Below are positions 1 through 13,300 of a DNA stretch of 64,000 nt, piece after piece. The notes under the pieces are model-generated. The model made no database searches and was not told the origin of the DNA. It worked only from the letters and a program-made list of their open reading frames with translations. The DNA comes from Eledone cirrhosa (taxonomy: Eukaryota), in NCBI GenBank assembly GCA_964016885.1, contig OZ024743.1:24738001-24802000 (forward strand), in the 5' to 3' direction. A program made the translations under genes and the position numbers. Every line of letters begins with the position of its first letter. Position 1 is the stretch's first letter.

Positions 1-3000
1 GACAGTTGGTTCTGTCCCTCATCAGTCATCCCAACCTTGTTTGCTGTAGTTAACTGTGCTGACAGTTGGTTCTGTCCCTCCTCAGTCATCCCAACCTTGT
101 TTGCTGTAGTTAACTGTGCTGACAGTTGGTTCTGTCCCTCCTCAGTCATCCCAACCTTGTTTGCTGTAGTTAACTGTGCTGACAGTTGGTTCTGTCCCTC
201 CTCAGTCATCCCAACCTTGTTTGCTGTAGTTAACTGTGCTGACAGTTGGTTCTGTCCCTCCTCAGTCATCCCAACCTTGTTTGCTGTAGTTAACTGTGTT
301 GACGGTTGGTTCTGTCCCTCCTCAGTCATCCCAACCTTGTTTGCTGTAGTTAACTGTGCTGACAGTTTGTTCTGTCCCTCTTCAGCCATCCCAACCTTGT
401 TTGCTGTATTTAACTGGGCTGACAGTTTGTTCTGTCCCTCCTCAGCCATCCCAACCTTGTTTGCTGTAGTTAATAGTGCTGACAGTTGGTTCTGTCCCTC
501 ATCAGTCATCTCAACCTTGTTTGCTGTAGTTAACTGTGCTGACAGTTGGTTCTGTCCTTCCTCAGTCATACCAAACCTTGTTTGCTGTAGTTAACTGTGT
601 TGACAGTTGGTTCTGTCCTTCCTCAGTCATCCCAAACCTTGTTTGCTGTAGTTAACTGTGTTGACAGTTGGTTCTGTCCCTCCTCAGTCATCTCAACCTT
701 GTTTGCTCTAGTTAACTGTGCTGACAGTTGGTTCTGTCCCTCCTCAGTCATCCCAACCTTGTTTGCTGTAGTTAACTGTGCTGACAGTTTGTTCTGTCCC
801 TCCTCAGGCATCCCAACCTTGTTTGCAATAGTTAACTGGGCTGACAGTTGGTTCTGTCCCTCCTCAGTCATCCCAACCTTGTTTGCTGTAGTTAACTGTG
901 CTGACAGTTTGTTCTGTCCCTCCTCAGCCATCCCAACCTTGTTTGCTGTAGTTAACTGGGCTGACAGTTTGTTCTGTCCCTCCTCAGCCATCCCAACCTT
1001 GTTTGCTGTAGTTAACAGTGCTGACAGTTGGTTCTGTCCTTCCTCAGTCATCCCAAACCTTGTTTGCTGTAGTTAACTGTGTTGACAGTTGGTTCTGTCC
1101 CTCCTCAGTCATCTCAACCTTGTTTGCTGTAGTTAACAGTGCTGACAGTTGGTTCTGTCCCTCCTCAGTCATCTCAACCTTGTTTGCTGTAGTTAACTGT
1201 GCTGACAGTTGGTTCTGTCCCTCCTCAGTCATCTCAACCTTGTTTGCTGTAGTTAACGGTGCTGACAGTTGGTTCTGTCCCTCCTCAGTCATCCCAACCT
1301 TGTTTTCTGTAGTTAACTGTGCTGACATTTGGTTCTGTCCCTCATCAGTCATCCCAACCTTGTTTGCTGTAGTTAACTGTGCTGACAGTTGGTTCTGTGC
1401 CTCCTCAGTCGTCTCAACCTTGTTTGCTGTAGTTAACTGTGCTGACAGTTGGTTCTGTCCCTCCTCAGTCATCTCAACCTTGTTTGCTGTAGTTAACTGT
1501 GCTGACAGTTTGTTCTGTCCCTCCTTAGTCATCCCAACCTTGTTTGCTGTAGTTAACTGTCCTGACAGTTGGTTCTGTCCTTCCTCAGTCATCCCAACCT
1601 TTTTTGCTGTAGTTAACTGTTCTGACAGTTGGTTCTGTCCCTCCTCAGTCATCCCAACCTTGTTTGCTGTAGTTAACTGTTCTGACAGTTGTTTCTGTCC
1701 CTCCTCAGTCATCCCAACCTTGTTTGCTGTAGTTAACTCTGCTGACAGTTGGTTCTGTCACTCCTCAGTCATCCCAACCTTGTTTGCTGTAGTTAACTGT
1801 GCTGACAGTTGGTTCTGTCCCTCCTCAGTCATCCCAACCTTGTTTGCTGTAGTTAACTGTGCTGACAGTTGGTTCTGTCCTTCCTCAGTCATCGCAACCT
1901 TGTTTGCTGTAGTTAACTGTGCCGACAGTTGGTTCTGTCCCTCCTCAGTCATCCCAACCTTGTTTGCTGTAGTTAACTGTGCTGACAGTTGGTTCTGTCC
2001 CTCCTCAGTCATCTCAACCTTCTTTGCTGTAGTTAACTGTGCTGACAGTTGGTTCTGTCCCTCCTCATTCATCTCAACCTTGTTTGCTGTAGTTAACTGT
2101 GCTGACAGTTGGTTCTGTCCCTCCTCAGTCATCTCAACCTTGTTTGCTGTAGTTAACAGTGCTGACAGTTGGTTCTGACCCTCCTCAGTCATCCCAACCT
2201 TGTTTTCTGTAGTTAACTGTGCTGACAGTTGGTTCTGTGCCTCCTCAGTCGTCTCAACCTTGTTTGCTGTAGTTAACTGTGCTGACAGATGGTTCTGTCC
2301 CTCCTCAGTCATCTCAACCTTGTTTGCTGTAGTTAACAGTGCTGACAGTTGGTTCTGTCCCTCCTCAGTCATCCCAACCTTGTTTGCTGTAGTTAACAGT
2401 GCTGACAGTTGGTTCTGTCCCTCCTCAGTCATCCCAACCTTGTTTGCTGTAGTCAACAGTGCTGACAGTTGGTTCTGTCCCTCCTCAGTCATCCCAACCT
2501 TGTTTGCTGTAGTTAACTGTGCTGACAGTTGGTTCTGTCCCTCCTCAGTCATCCCAACCTTGTTTGCTGTAGTTAACTGTGCTGACAGTTGGTTCTGTCC
2601 CTCCTCAGTCATCCCAACCTTGTTTGATGTAGTTAACTGTGCTGAAAGTTGGTTCTGTCCCCCCTCAGTCATCCCAACCTTGTTTGCTGTAGTTAACTGT
2701 GCTGACAGTTGGTTCTGTCCCTCCTCAGTCATCTCAACCTTGTTTGCTGTAGTTAACTGTGCTGACAGTTGGTTCTGTCCCTCCTCAATCATCCCAACCT
2801 TGTTTGATGTAGTTAACTGTGCTGACAGTTGGTTCTGTCCCTCCTCAGTCATCCCAACCTTGTTTGCTGTAGTTAACTGTGCTGACAGTTGGTTCTGTCC
2901 CTCCTCAGTCATCCCAACCTTGTTTGCTGTAGTTAACTGTGCTGACAGTTGGTTCTGTCCCTCCTCAGTCATCTCAACCTTGTTTGCTGTAGTTAACTGT

Positions 3001-6000
3001 GCTGACAGTTGGTTCTGTCCCTCCTCAGTCATCTCAACCTTGTTTGCTGTAGTTAACTGTGCTGACAGTTGGTTCTGTCCCTCCTCAGTCATCCCAACCT
3101 TGTTTGCTGTAGTTAACTGTGCTGGCAGCTGGTTCTGTCCCTCCTCAGTCATCCCAACCTTGTTTGCTGTAGTTAACAGTGCTGACAGTTGGTTCTGTCC
3201 CTCCTCAGTCATCCCAACCTTGTTTGCTGTAGTTAACAGTGCTGACAGTTGGTTCTGTCCCTCCTCAGTCATCCCAACCTTGTTTGCTGTAGTTAACTGT
3301 GCTGACAGTTGGTTCTGTCCCTCCTCAGTCATCCCAACCTTGTTTGCTGTAGTTAACAGTGCTGACAGTTGGTTCTGTCCCTCCTCAGTCATCTCAACCT
3401 TGTTTGCTGTAGTTAACTGTGCTGACAGTTGGTTCTGTCCCTCCTCAGTCATCCCAACCTTGTTTGCTGTAGTTAACAGTGCTGACAGTTGGTTCTGTCC
3501 CTCCTCAGTCATCCCAACCTTGTTTGCTGTAGTTAACTGTGCTGACAGTTGGTTCTGTCCCTCCTCAGTCATCTCAATCTTGTTTGCTGTAGTTAACTGT
3601 GCTGACAGTTGGTTATGTCCCTCCTCAGTCATCTCAACCTTCTTTGCTGTAGTTAACTGTGCTGACAGTTGGTTCTGTCCCTCCTCAGTCATCTCTACCT
3701 TGTTTGCTGTAGTTAACTGTGCTGACAGTTGGTTCTGTCCCTCCTCAGTCATCCCAACCTTGTTTGCTGTAGTTAACTGTGCTGACAGTTGGTTCTGTCC
3801 CTCCTCAGTCATCCCAACCTTGTTTGCTGTAGTTAACTGTGCTGACAGTTGGTTCTGTCCCTCCTCAGTCATCCCAACCTTGTTTGCTGTAGTTAACTGT
3901 GCTGACAGTTGGTTCTGTCCCTCCTCAGTCATCCCAACCTTGTTTGCTGTAGTTAACTGTGCTGACAGTTGGTTCTGTCCCTCCTCAGTCATCTCTACCT
4001 TGTTTGCTGTAGTTAACTGTGCTGACAGTTGGTTCTGTCCCTCCTCAGTCATCCCAACCTTGTTTGCTGTAGTTAACAGTGCGGACAGTTGGTTCTGTCC
4101 CTCATCAGTCATCCCAACCTTGTTTGCTGTAGTTAACTGTGCTGACAGTTGGTTCTGTCCCTCCTCAGTCATCCCAACCTTGTTTGCTGTAGTTAACTGT
4201 GCTGACAGTTGGTTCTGTCCCTCCTCAGTCATCCCAACCTTGTTTGCTGTAGTTAACTGTGCTGACAGTTGGTTCTGTCCCTCCTCAGTCATCCCAACCT
4301 TGTTTGCTGTAGTTAACTGTGCTGACAGTTGGTTCTGTCCCTCCTCAGTCATCCCAACCTTGTTTGCTGTAGTTAACTGTGTTGACGGTTGGTTCTGTCC
4401 CTCCTCAGTCATCCCAACCTTGTTTGCTGTATTTAACTGTGCTGACAGTTTGTTCTGTCCCTCTTCAGCCATCCCAACCTTGTTTGCTGTATTTAACTGG
4501 GCTGACAGTTTGTTCTGTCCCTCCTCAGCCATCCCAACCTTGTTTGCTGTAGTTAATAGTGCTGACAGTTGGTTCTGTCCCTCATCAGTCATCTCAACCT
4601 TGTTTGCTGTAGTTAACTGTGCTGACAGTTGGTTCTGTCCTTCCTCAGTCATACCAAACCTTGTTTGCTGTAGTTAACTGTGTTGACAGTTGGTTCTGTC
4701 CTTCCTCAGTCATCCCAAACCTTGTTTGCTGTAGTTAACTGTGTTGACAGTTGGTTCTGTCCCTCCTCAGTCATCTCAACCTTGTTTGCTCTAGTTAACT
4801 GTGCTGACAGTTGGTTCTGTCCCTCCTGAGTCATCCCAACCTTGTTTGCTGTAGTTAACTGTGCTGACAGTTTGTTCTGTCCCTCCTCAGCCATCCCAAC
4901 CTTGTTTGCAGTAGTTAACTGGGCTGACAGTTGGTTCTGTCCCTCCTCAGTCATCCCAACCTTGTTTGCTGTAGTTAACTGTGCTGACAGTTTGTTCTGT
5001 CCCTCCTCAGCCATCCCAACCTTGTTTGCTGTAGTTAACTGGGCTGACAGTTTGTTCTGTCCCTCCTCAGCCATCCCAACCTTGTTTGCTGTAGTTAACA
5101 GTGCTGACAGTTGGTTCTGTCCTTCCTCAGTCATCCCAAACCTTGTTTGCTGTAGTTAACTGTGTTGACAGTTGGTTCTGTCCCTCCTCAGTCATCCCAA
5201 CCTTGTTTGCTGTAGTTAACTGTGCTGACAGTTGGTTCTGTCCCTCCTCAGTCATCCCAACCTTGTTTGCTGTAGTTAACTGTGCTGACAGTTGGTTCTG
5301 TCCTTCCTCAGTCATCCCAACCTTGTTTGCTGTAGTTAACTGTGCCGACAGTTGGTTCTGTCCCTCCTCAGTCATCCCAACCTTGTTTGCTGTAGTTAAC
5401 TGTGCTGACAGTTGGTTCTGTCCCTCCTCAGTCATCTCAACCTTCTTTGCTGTAGTTAACTGTGCTGACAGTTGGTTCTGTCCCTCCTCATTCATCTCAC
5501 CCTTGTTTGCTGTAGTTAACTGTGCTGACAGTTGGTTCTGTCCCTCCTCAGTCATCCCAACCTTGTTTGCTGTAGTTAACTGTGCTGACAGTTGGTTCTG
5601 TCCCTCCTCAGTCATCTCAACCTTGTTTGCTGTAGTTAACTGTGCTGACAGTTGGTTCTGTCCCTCCTCAATCATCCCAACCTTGTTTGATGTAGTTAAC
5701 TGTGCTGACAGTTTGTTCTGTCCCTCCTCAGTCATCCCAACCTTGTTTGCTGTAGTTAACTGTGCTGACAGTTGGTTCTGTCCCTCCTCAGTCATCCCAA
5801 CCTTGTTTGCTGTAGTTAACTGTGCTGACAGTTGGTTCTGTCCCTCCTCAGTCATCTCAACCTTGTTTGCTGTAGTTAACTGTGCTGACAGTTGGTTCTG
5901 TCCCTCCTCAGTCATCTCAACCTTGTTTGCTGTAGTTAACTGTGCTGACAGTTGGTTCTGTCCCTCCTCAGTCATCCCAACCTTGTTTGCTGTAGTTAAC

Positions 6001-9000
6001 TGTGCTGGCAGTTGGTTCTGTCCCTCCTCAGTCATCCCAACCTTGTTTGCTGTAGTTAACAGTGCTGACAGTTGGTTCTGTCCCTCCTCGGTCATCCCAA
6101 CCTTGTTTGCTGTAGTTAACAGTGCTGACAGTTGGTTCTGTCCCTCCTCAGTCATCCCAACCTTGTTTGCTGTAGTTAACTCTGCTGACAGTTGGTTCTG
6201 TCCCTCCTCAGTCATCCCAACCTTGTTTGCTGTAGTTAACAGTGCTGACAGTTGGTTCTGTCCCTCCTCAGTCATCTCAACCTTGTTTGCTGTAGTTAAC
6301 TGTGCTGACAGTTGGTTCTGTCCCTCCTCAGTCATCCCAACCTTGTTTGCTGTAGTTAACAGTGCTGACAGTTGGTTCTGTCCCTCCTCAGTCATCCCAA
6401 CCTTGTTTGCTGTAGTTAACTGTGCTGACAGTTGGTTCTGTCCCTCCTCAGTCATCTCAATCTTGTTTGATGTAGTTAACTGTGCTGACAGTTGGTTATG
6501 TCCCTCCTCAGTCATCTCAACCTTCTTTGCTGTAGTTAACTGTGCTGACAGTTGGTTCTGTCCCTCCTCAGTCATCTCTACCTTGTTTGCTGTAGTTAAC
6601 TGTGCTGACAGTTGGTTCTGTCCCTCCTCAGTCATCCCAACCTTGTTTGCTGTAGTTAACTGTGCTGACAGTTGGTTCTGTCCCTCCTCAGTCATCCCAA
6701 CCTTGTTTGCTGTAGTTAACTGTGCTGACAGTTGGTTCTGTCCCTCCTCAGTCATCCCAACCTTGTTTGCTGTAGTTAACTGTGCTGACAGTTGGTTCTG
6801 TCCCTCCTCAGTCATCCCAACCTTGTTTGCTGTAGTTAACTGTGCTGACAGTTGGTTCTGTCCCTCCTCAGTCATCTCTACCTTGTTTGCTGTAGTTAAC
6901 TGTGCTGACAGTTGGTTCTATCCCTCCTCAGTCATCCCAACCTTGTTTGCTGTAGTTAACAGTGCGGACAGTTGGTTCTGTCCCTCATCAGTCATCCCAA
7001 CCTTGTTTGCAGTAGTTAACTGTGCTGACAGTTGGTTCTGTCCCTCCTCAGTCATCCCAACCTTGTTTGCTGTAGTTAACTGTGCTGACAGTTGGTTCTG
7101 TCCCTCCTCAGTCATCCCAACCTTGTTTGCTGTAGTTAACTGTGCTGACAGTTGGTTCTGTCCCTCCTCAGTCATCCCAACCTTGTTTGCTGTAGTTAAC
7201 TGTGCTGACAGTTGGTTCTGTCCCTCCTCAGTCATCCCAACCTTGTTTGCTGTAGTTAACTGTGTTGACGGTTGGTTCTGTCCCTCCTCAGTCATCCCAA
7301 CCTTGTTTGCTGTAGTTAACTGTGCTGACAGTTTGTTCTGTCCCTCTTCAGCCATCCCAACCTTGTTTGCTGTATTTAACTGGGCTGACAGTTTGTTCTG
7401 TCCCTCCTCAGCCATCCCAACCTTGTTTGCTGTAGTTAATAGTGCTGACAGTTGGTTCTGTCCCTCATCAGTCATCTCAACCTTGTTTGCTGTAGTTAAC
7501 TGTGCTGACAGTTGGTTCTGTCCTTCCTCAGTCATACCAAACCTTGTTTGCTGTAGTTAACTGTGTTGACAGTTGGTTCTGTCCTTCCTCAGTCATCCCA
7601 AACCTTGTTTGCTGTAGTTAACTGTGTTGACAGTTGGTTCTGTCCCTCCTCAGTCATCTCAACCTTGTTTGCTCTAGTTAACTGTGCTGACAGTTGGTTC
7701 TGTCCCTCCTCAGTCATCCCAACCTTGTTTGCTGTAGTTAACTGTGCTGACAGTTTGTTCTGTCCCTCCTCAGGCATCCCAACCTTGTTTGCAGTAGTTA
7801 ACTGGGCTGACAGTTGGTTCTGTCCCTCCTCAGTCATCCCAACCTTGTTTGCTGTAGTTAACTGTGCTGACAGTTTATTCTGTCCCTCCTCAGCCATCCC
7901 AACCTTGTTTGCTGTAGTTAACTGGGCTGACAGTTTGTTCTGTCCCTCCTCAGCCATCCCAACGTTGTTTGCTGTAGTTAACAGTGCTGACAGTTGGTTC
8001 TGTCCTTCCTCAGTCATCCCAAACCTTGTTTGCTGTAGTTAACTGTGTTGACAGTTGGTTCTGTCCCTCCTCAGTCATCTCAACCTTGTTTGCTGTAGTT
8101 AACAGTGCTGACAGTTGGTTCTGTCCCTCCTCAGTCATCTCAACCTTGTTTGCTGTAGTTAACTGTGCTGACAGTTGGTTCTGTCCCTCCTCAGTCATCT
8201 CAACCTTGTTTGCTGTAGTTAACGGTGCTGACAGTTGGTTCTGTCCCTCCTCAGTCATCCCAACCTTGTTTTCTGTAGTTAACTGTGCTGACATTTGGTT
8301 CTGTCCCTCATCAGTCATCCCAACCTTGTTTGCTGTAGTTAACTGTGCTGACAGTTGGTTCTGTGCCTCCTCAGTCGTCTCAACCTTGTTTGCTGTAGTT
8401 AACTGTGCTGACAGTTGGTTCTGTCCCTCCTCAGTCATCTCAACCTTGTTTGCTGTAGTTAACTGTGCTGACAGTTTGTTCTGTCCCTCCTTAGTCATCC
8501 CAACCTTGTTTGCTGTAGTTAACTGTCCTGACAGTTGGTTCTGTCCTTCCTCAGTCATCCCAACCTTGTTTGCTGTAGTTAACTGTTCTGACAGTTGGTT
8601 CTGTCCCTCCTCAGTCATCCCAACCTTGTTTGCTGTAGTTAACTGTTCTGACAGTTGTTTCTGTCCCTCCTCAGTCATCCCAACCTTGTTTGCTGTAGTT
8701 AACTCTGCTGACAGTTGGTTCTGTCACTCCTCAGTCATCCCAACCTTGTTTGCTGTAGTTAACTGTGCTGACAGTTGGTTCTGTCCCTCCTCAGTCATCC
8801 CAACCTTGTTTGCTGTAGTTAACTGTGCTGACAGTTGGTTCTGTCCTTCCTCAGTCATCGCAACCTTGTTTGCTGTAGTTAACTGTGCCGACAGTTGGTT
8901 CTGTCCCTCCTCAGTCATCCCAACCTTGTTTGCTGTAGTTAACTGTGCTGACAGTTGGTTCTGTCCCTCCTCAGTCATCTCAACCTTCTTTGCTGTAGTT

Positions 9001-9300
9001 AACTGTGCTGACAGTTGGTTCTGTCCCTCCTCATTCATCTCAACCTTGTTTGCTGTAGTTAACTGTGCTGACAGTTGGTTCTGTCCCTCCTCAGTCATCT
9101 CAACCTTGTTTGCTGTAGTTAACAGTGCTGACAGTTGGTTCTGACCCTCCTCAGTCATCCCAACCTTGTTTTCTGTAGTTAACTGTGCTGACAGTTGGTT
9201 CTGTGCCTCCTCAGTCGTCTCAACCTTGTTTGCTGTAGTTAACTGTGCTGACAGATGGTTCTGTCCCTCCTCAGTCATCTCAACCTTGTTTGCTGTAGTT
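1..9300 (+). repeat. Higher-order duplication: block 1-~2335 recurs at 6967-~9300 (offset 6,966); its first ~1.1 kb also recurs at 4084-~5190 (offset 4,083)
   Basis: Rare variants appear in the same order (GACGGT, AATAGT, CATACCAAACC, CAGGCATC, AACGGT, GACATT, TGTCACTCC, ATCGCAACC, TTCTGACCC, GACAGAT). ORF pairs 597/7563 and 1018/7984 are offset by exactly 6,966. Confidence 0.92.
2700..8070 (+). repeat. Near-tandem higher-order duplication, period 2,883 bp (48 monomers + 3 insertions)
   Basis: Shared variant series: TCAATC+TTTGAT (2761/5644), GCTGGCAG (3121/6004), GGTTATG (3601/6484), GCGGAC (4081/6964). Confidence 0.85.
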
Positions 9301-10379
9301 AACTGTGCTGACAGTTTGTTCTGTCCCTCCTTAGTCATCCCAACCTTGTTTGCTGTAGTTAACTGTGCTGACAGTTGGTTCTGTCCCTCCTCAGTCATCC
9401 CAACCTTGTTTGCTGTAGTTAACTGTGCTGACAGTTGGTTCTGTCCCTCATCAGTCATCCCAACCTTGTTTGCTGTAGTTAACTGTGCTGACAGTTTGTT
9501 CTGTCCCTCCTCAGTCATCTCAACCTTGTTTGCTGTAGTTAACTGTGCTGACAGTTGGTTCTGTCTCTCCTCAGCCATCCCAACCTTGTTTGCTGTAGTT
9601 AACTGTGCTGACAGTTGGTTCTGTCCTTCCTCAGTCATCCCATCCTTGTTTGCTGTAGTTAACTGTTCTGACAGTTGGTTCTATCCCTCCTCAGTCATCC
9701 CAACCTTGTTTGCTGTAGTTAACTGTTCTGACAGTTGGTTCTGTCCCTCCTCAGTCATCCCAACCTTGTTTGCTGTAGTTAACTCTGCTGACAGTTGGTT
9801 CTGTCCCTCCTCAGTCATCCCAACCTTGTTTGCTGTAGTTAACTGTGCTGACAGTTGGTTCTGTCCTTCCTCAGTCATCCCAAACCTTGTTTGCTGTAGT
9901 AACTGTGTTGACAGTTGGTTCTGTCCCTCCTCAGTCATCTCAACCTTGTTTGCTGTAGTTAACTGTGCTGACAGTTTGTTCTGTCCCTCCTCAGCCATCC
10001 CAACCTTGTTTGCTGTAGTTAACTGGGCTGACAGTTGGTTCTGTCCCTCCTCAGTCATCCCAACCTTGTTTGCTGTAGTTAACAGTGCTGACAGTTGGTT
10101 CTGTCCTTCCTCAGTCATCCCAAACCTTGTTTGCTGTAGTTAACTGTGTTGACAGTTGGTTCTATCCCTCCTCAGTCATCTCAACCTTGTTTGCTGTAGT
10201 TAACTGTGCTGACAGTTGGTTCTGTCCCTCCTCAGTCATCCCAACCTTGTTTGCTGTAGTTAACTGTGCTGACAGTTTGTTCTGTCCCTCCTCAGCCATC
10301 CCAACCTTGTTTGCTGTAGTTAACTGGGCTGACAGTTGGTTCTGTCCCTCCTCAGTCATCCCAACCTTGTTTGCTGTAG

Positions 10380-13300
10380 TTAACTGTGCTGACAGTTGGT
10401 TCTGTCCCTCCTCAGCCATCCCAACCTTGTTTGCTCTAGTTAACTGGGCTGACAGTTTGTTCTGTCCCTCCTCAGCCATCCCAACCTTGTTTGCTGTAGT
10501 TAACAGTGCTGACAGTTGGTTCTGTCCTTCCTCAGTCATCCCAAACCTTGTTTGCTGTAGTTAACTGTGTTGACAGTTGGTTCTGTCCCTCCTCAGTCAT
10601 CTCAACCTTGTTTGCTGTAGTTAACAGTGCTGACAGTTGGTTCTGTCCCTCCTCAGTCATCTCAACCTTGTTTGCTGTAGTTAACTGTGCTGACAGTTGG
10701 TTCTGTCCCTCCTCAGTCATCTCAACCTTGTTTGCTATAGTTAACAGTGCTGACAGTTGGTTCTGTCCCTCCTCAGTCATCCCAACCTTGTTTTCTGTAG
10801 TTAACTGTGCTGACAGTTGGTTCTGTGCCTCCTCAGTCGTCTCAACCTTGTTTGCTGTAGTTAACTGTGCTGACAGTTCGTTCTGTCTCTCCTCAGTCGT
10901 CCCAACCTTGTTTGCTGTAGTTAACTGTGCTGACAGTTGGTTCTGTCCTTCCTCAGTCATCCCAACCTTGTTTGCTGTAGTTAACTGTTCTGACAGTTGG
11001 TTCTGTCCCTCCTCAGTCATCCCAACCTTGTTTGCTGTAGTTAACTGTTCTGACAGTTGGTTCTGTCCCTCCTCCGTCATCCCAACCTTGTTTGCTGTAG
11101 TTAACTCTGCTGACAGTTGGTTCTGTCCCTCCTCAGTCATCCCAACCTTGTTTGCTGTAGTTAACTGTGCTGACAGTTGGTTCTGTCCCTCCTCAGTCAT
11201 CCCAACCTTGTTTGCTGTAGTTAACTGTGCTGACAGTTGGTTCTGTCCTTCCTCAGTCATCCCAACCTTGTTTGCTGTAGTTAACTGTGCCGACAGTTGG
11301 TTCTGTCCCTCCTCAGTCATCCCAACCTTGTTTGCTGTAGTTAACTGTGCTGACAGTTGGTTCTGTCCCTCCTCAGTCATCTCAACCTTCTTTGCTGTAG
11401 TTAACTGTGCTGACAGTTGGTTCTGTCCCTCCTCATTCATCTCAACCTTGTTTGCTGTAGTTAACTGTGCTGACAGTTGGTTCTGTCCCTCCTCAGTCAT
11501 CCCAACCTTGTTTGCTGTAGTTAACTGTGCTGACAGTTGGTTCTGTCCCTCCTCAATCATCTAAACCTTGTTTGCTGTAGTTAACTGTGCTGACAGTTGG
11601 TTCTGTCCCTCCTCAGTCATCCCAACCTTGTTTGATATAGTTAACTGTGCTGAAAGTTGGTTCTGTCCCGCCTCAGTCATCCCAACCTTGTTTGCTGTAG
11701 TTAACTGTGCTGACAGTTGGTTCTGTCCCTCCTCAATCATCCCAACCTTGTTTGATGTAGTTAACTGTGCTGACAGTTGGTTCTGTCCCTCCTCAGTCAT
11801 CCCAACCTTGTTTGCTGTAGTTAACTGTGCTGAGAGTTGGTTCTGTCCCTCCTCAGTCATCCCAACCTTGTTTGCTGTAGTTAACTGTGCTGACAGTTGG
11901 TTCTGTCCCTCCTCAGTCATCTCAACCTTGTTTGCTGTAGTTAACTGTGCTGACAGTTGGTTCTGTCCCTCCTCAGTCATCTCAACCTTGTTTGCTGTAG
12001 TTAACTGTGCTGACAGTTGGTTCTGTCCCTCCTCAGTCATCCCAACCTTGTTTGCTGTAGTTAACAGTGCTGACAGTTGGTTCTGTCCCTCCTCAGTCAT
12101 CCCAACCTTGTTTGCTTTAGTTAACAGTGCTGACAGTTGGTTCTGTCCCTCCTCAGTCATCCCAACCTTGTTTGCTGTAGTTAACTGTGCTGACAGTTGG
12201 TTCTGTCCCTCCTCAGTCATCCCAACCTTGTTTGCTGTAGTTAACAGTGCTGACAGTTGGTTCTGTCCCTCCTCAGTCATCTCAACCTTGTTTGCTGTAG
12301 TTAACTGTGCTGACAGTTGGTTCTGTCCCTCCTCAGTCATCCCAACCTTGTTTGCTGTAGTTAACAGTGCTGACAGTTGGTTCTGTCCCTCCTCAGTCAT
12401 CCCAACATTGTTTGCTGTAGTTAACTGTGCTGACAGTTGGTTCTGTCCCTCCTCAGTCATCTCAATCTTGTTTGCTGTAGTTAACTGGGCTGACAGTTGG
12501 TTCTGTCCCTCCTCAGTCATCTCAACCTTCTTTGCTGTAGTTAACTGTGCTGACAGTTGGTTCTGTCCCTCCTCAGTCATCTCTACCTTGTTTGCTGTAG
12601 TTAACTGTGCTGACAGTTGGTTCTGTCCCTCCTCAGTCATCCCAACCTTGTTTGCTGTAGTTAACTGTGCTGACAGTTGGTTCTGTCCCTCCTCAGTCAT
12701 CCCAACCTTGTTTGCTGTAGTTAACTGTGCTGACAGTTGGTTCTGTCCCTCCTCAGTCATCCCAACCTTGTTTGCTGTAGTTAACAGTGCTGACAGATGG
12801 TTCTGTCCCTCCTCAGTCATCCCAACATTGTTTGCTGTAGTTAACTGTGCTGACAGTTGGTTCTGTCCCTCCTCAGTCATCTCAATCTTGTTTGCTGTAG
12901 TTAACTGGGCTGACAGTTGGTTCTGTCCCTCCTCAGTCATCTCAACCTTCTTTGCTGTAGTTAACTGTGCTGACAGTTGGTTCTGTCCCTCCTCAGTCAT
13001 CTCTACCTTGTTTGCTGTAGTTAACTGTGCTGACAGTTGGTTCTGTCCCTCCTCAGTCATCCCAACCTTGTTTGCTGTAGTTAACTGTGCTGACAGTTGG
13101 TTCTGTCCCTCCTCAGTCATCCCAACCTTGTTTGCTGTAGTTAACTGTGCTGACAGTTGGTTCTGTCCCTCCTCAGTCATCCCAACCTTGTTTGCTGTAG
13201 TTAACTGTGCTGACAGTTGGTTCTGTCCCTCCTCAGTCATCCCAACCTTGTTTGCTGTAGTTAACTGTGCTGACAGTTGGTTCTGTCCCTCCTCAGCCAT

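Noticed and set aside
1-60. CENP-B box or alpha-satellite identity
   Set aside because: The consensus has no CpG, so the TTCG...CGGG box cannot be present, and the monomer is 60 bp rather than 171 bp.
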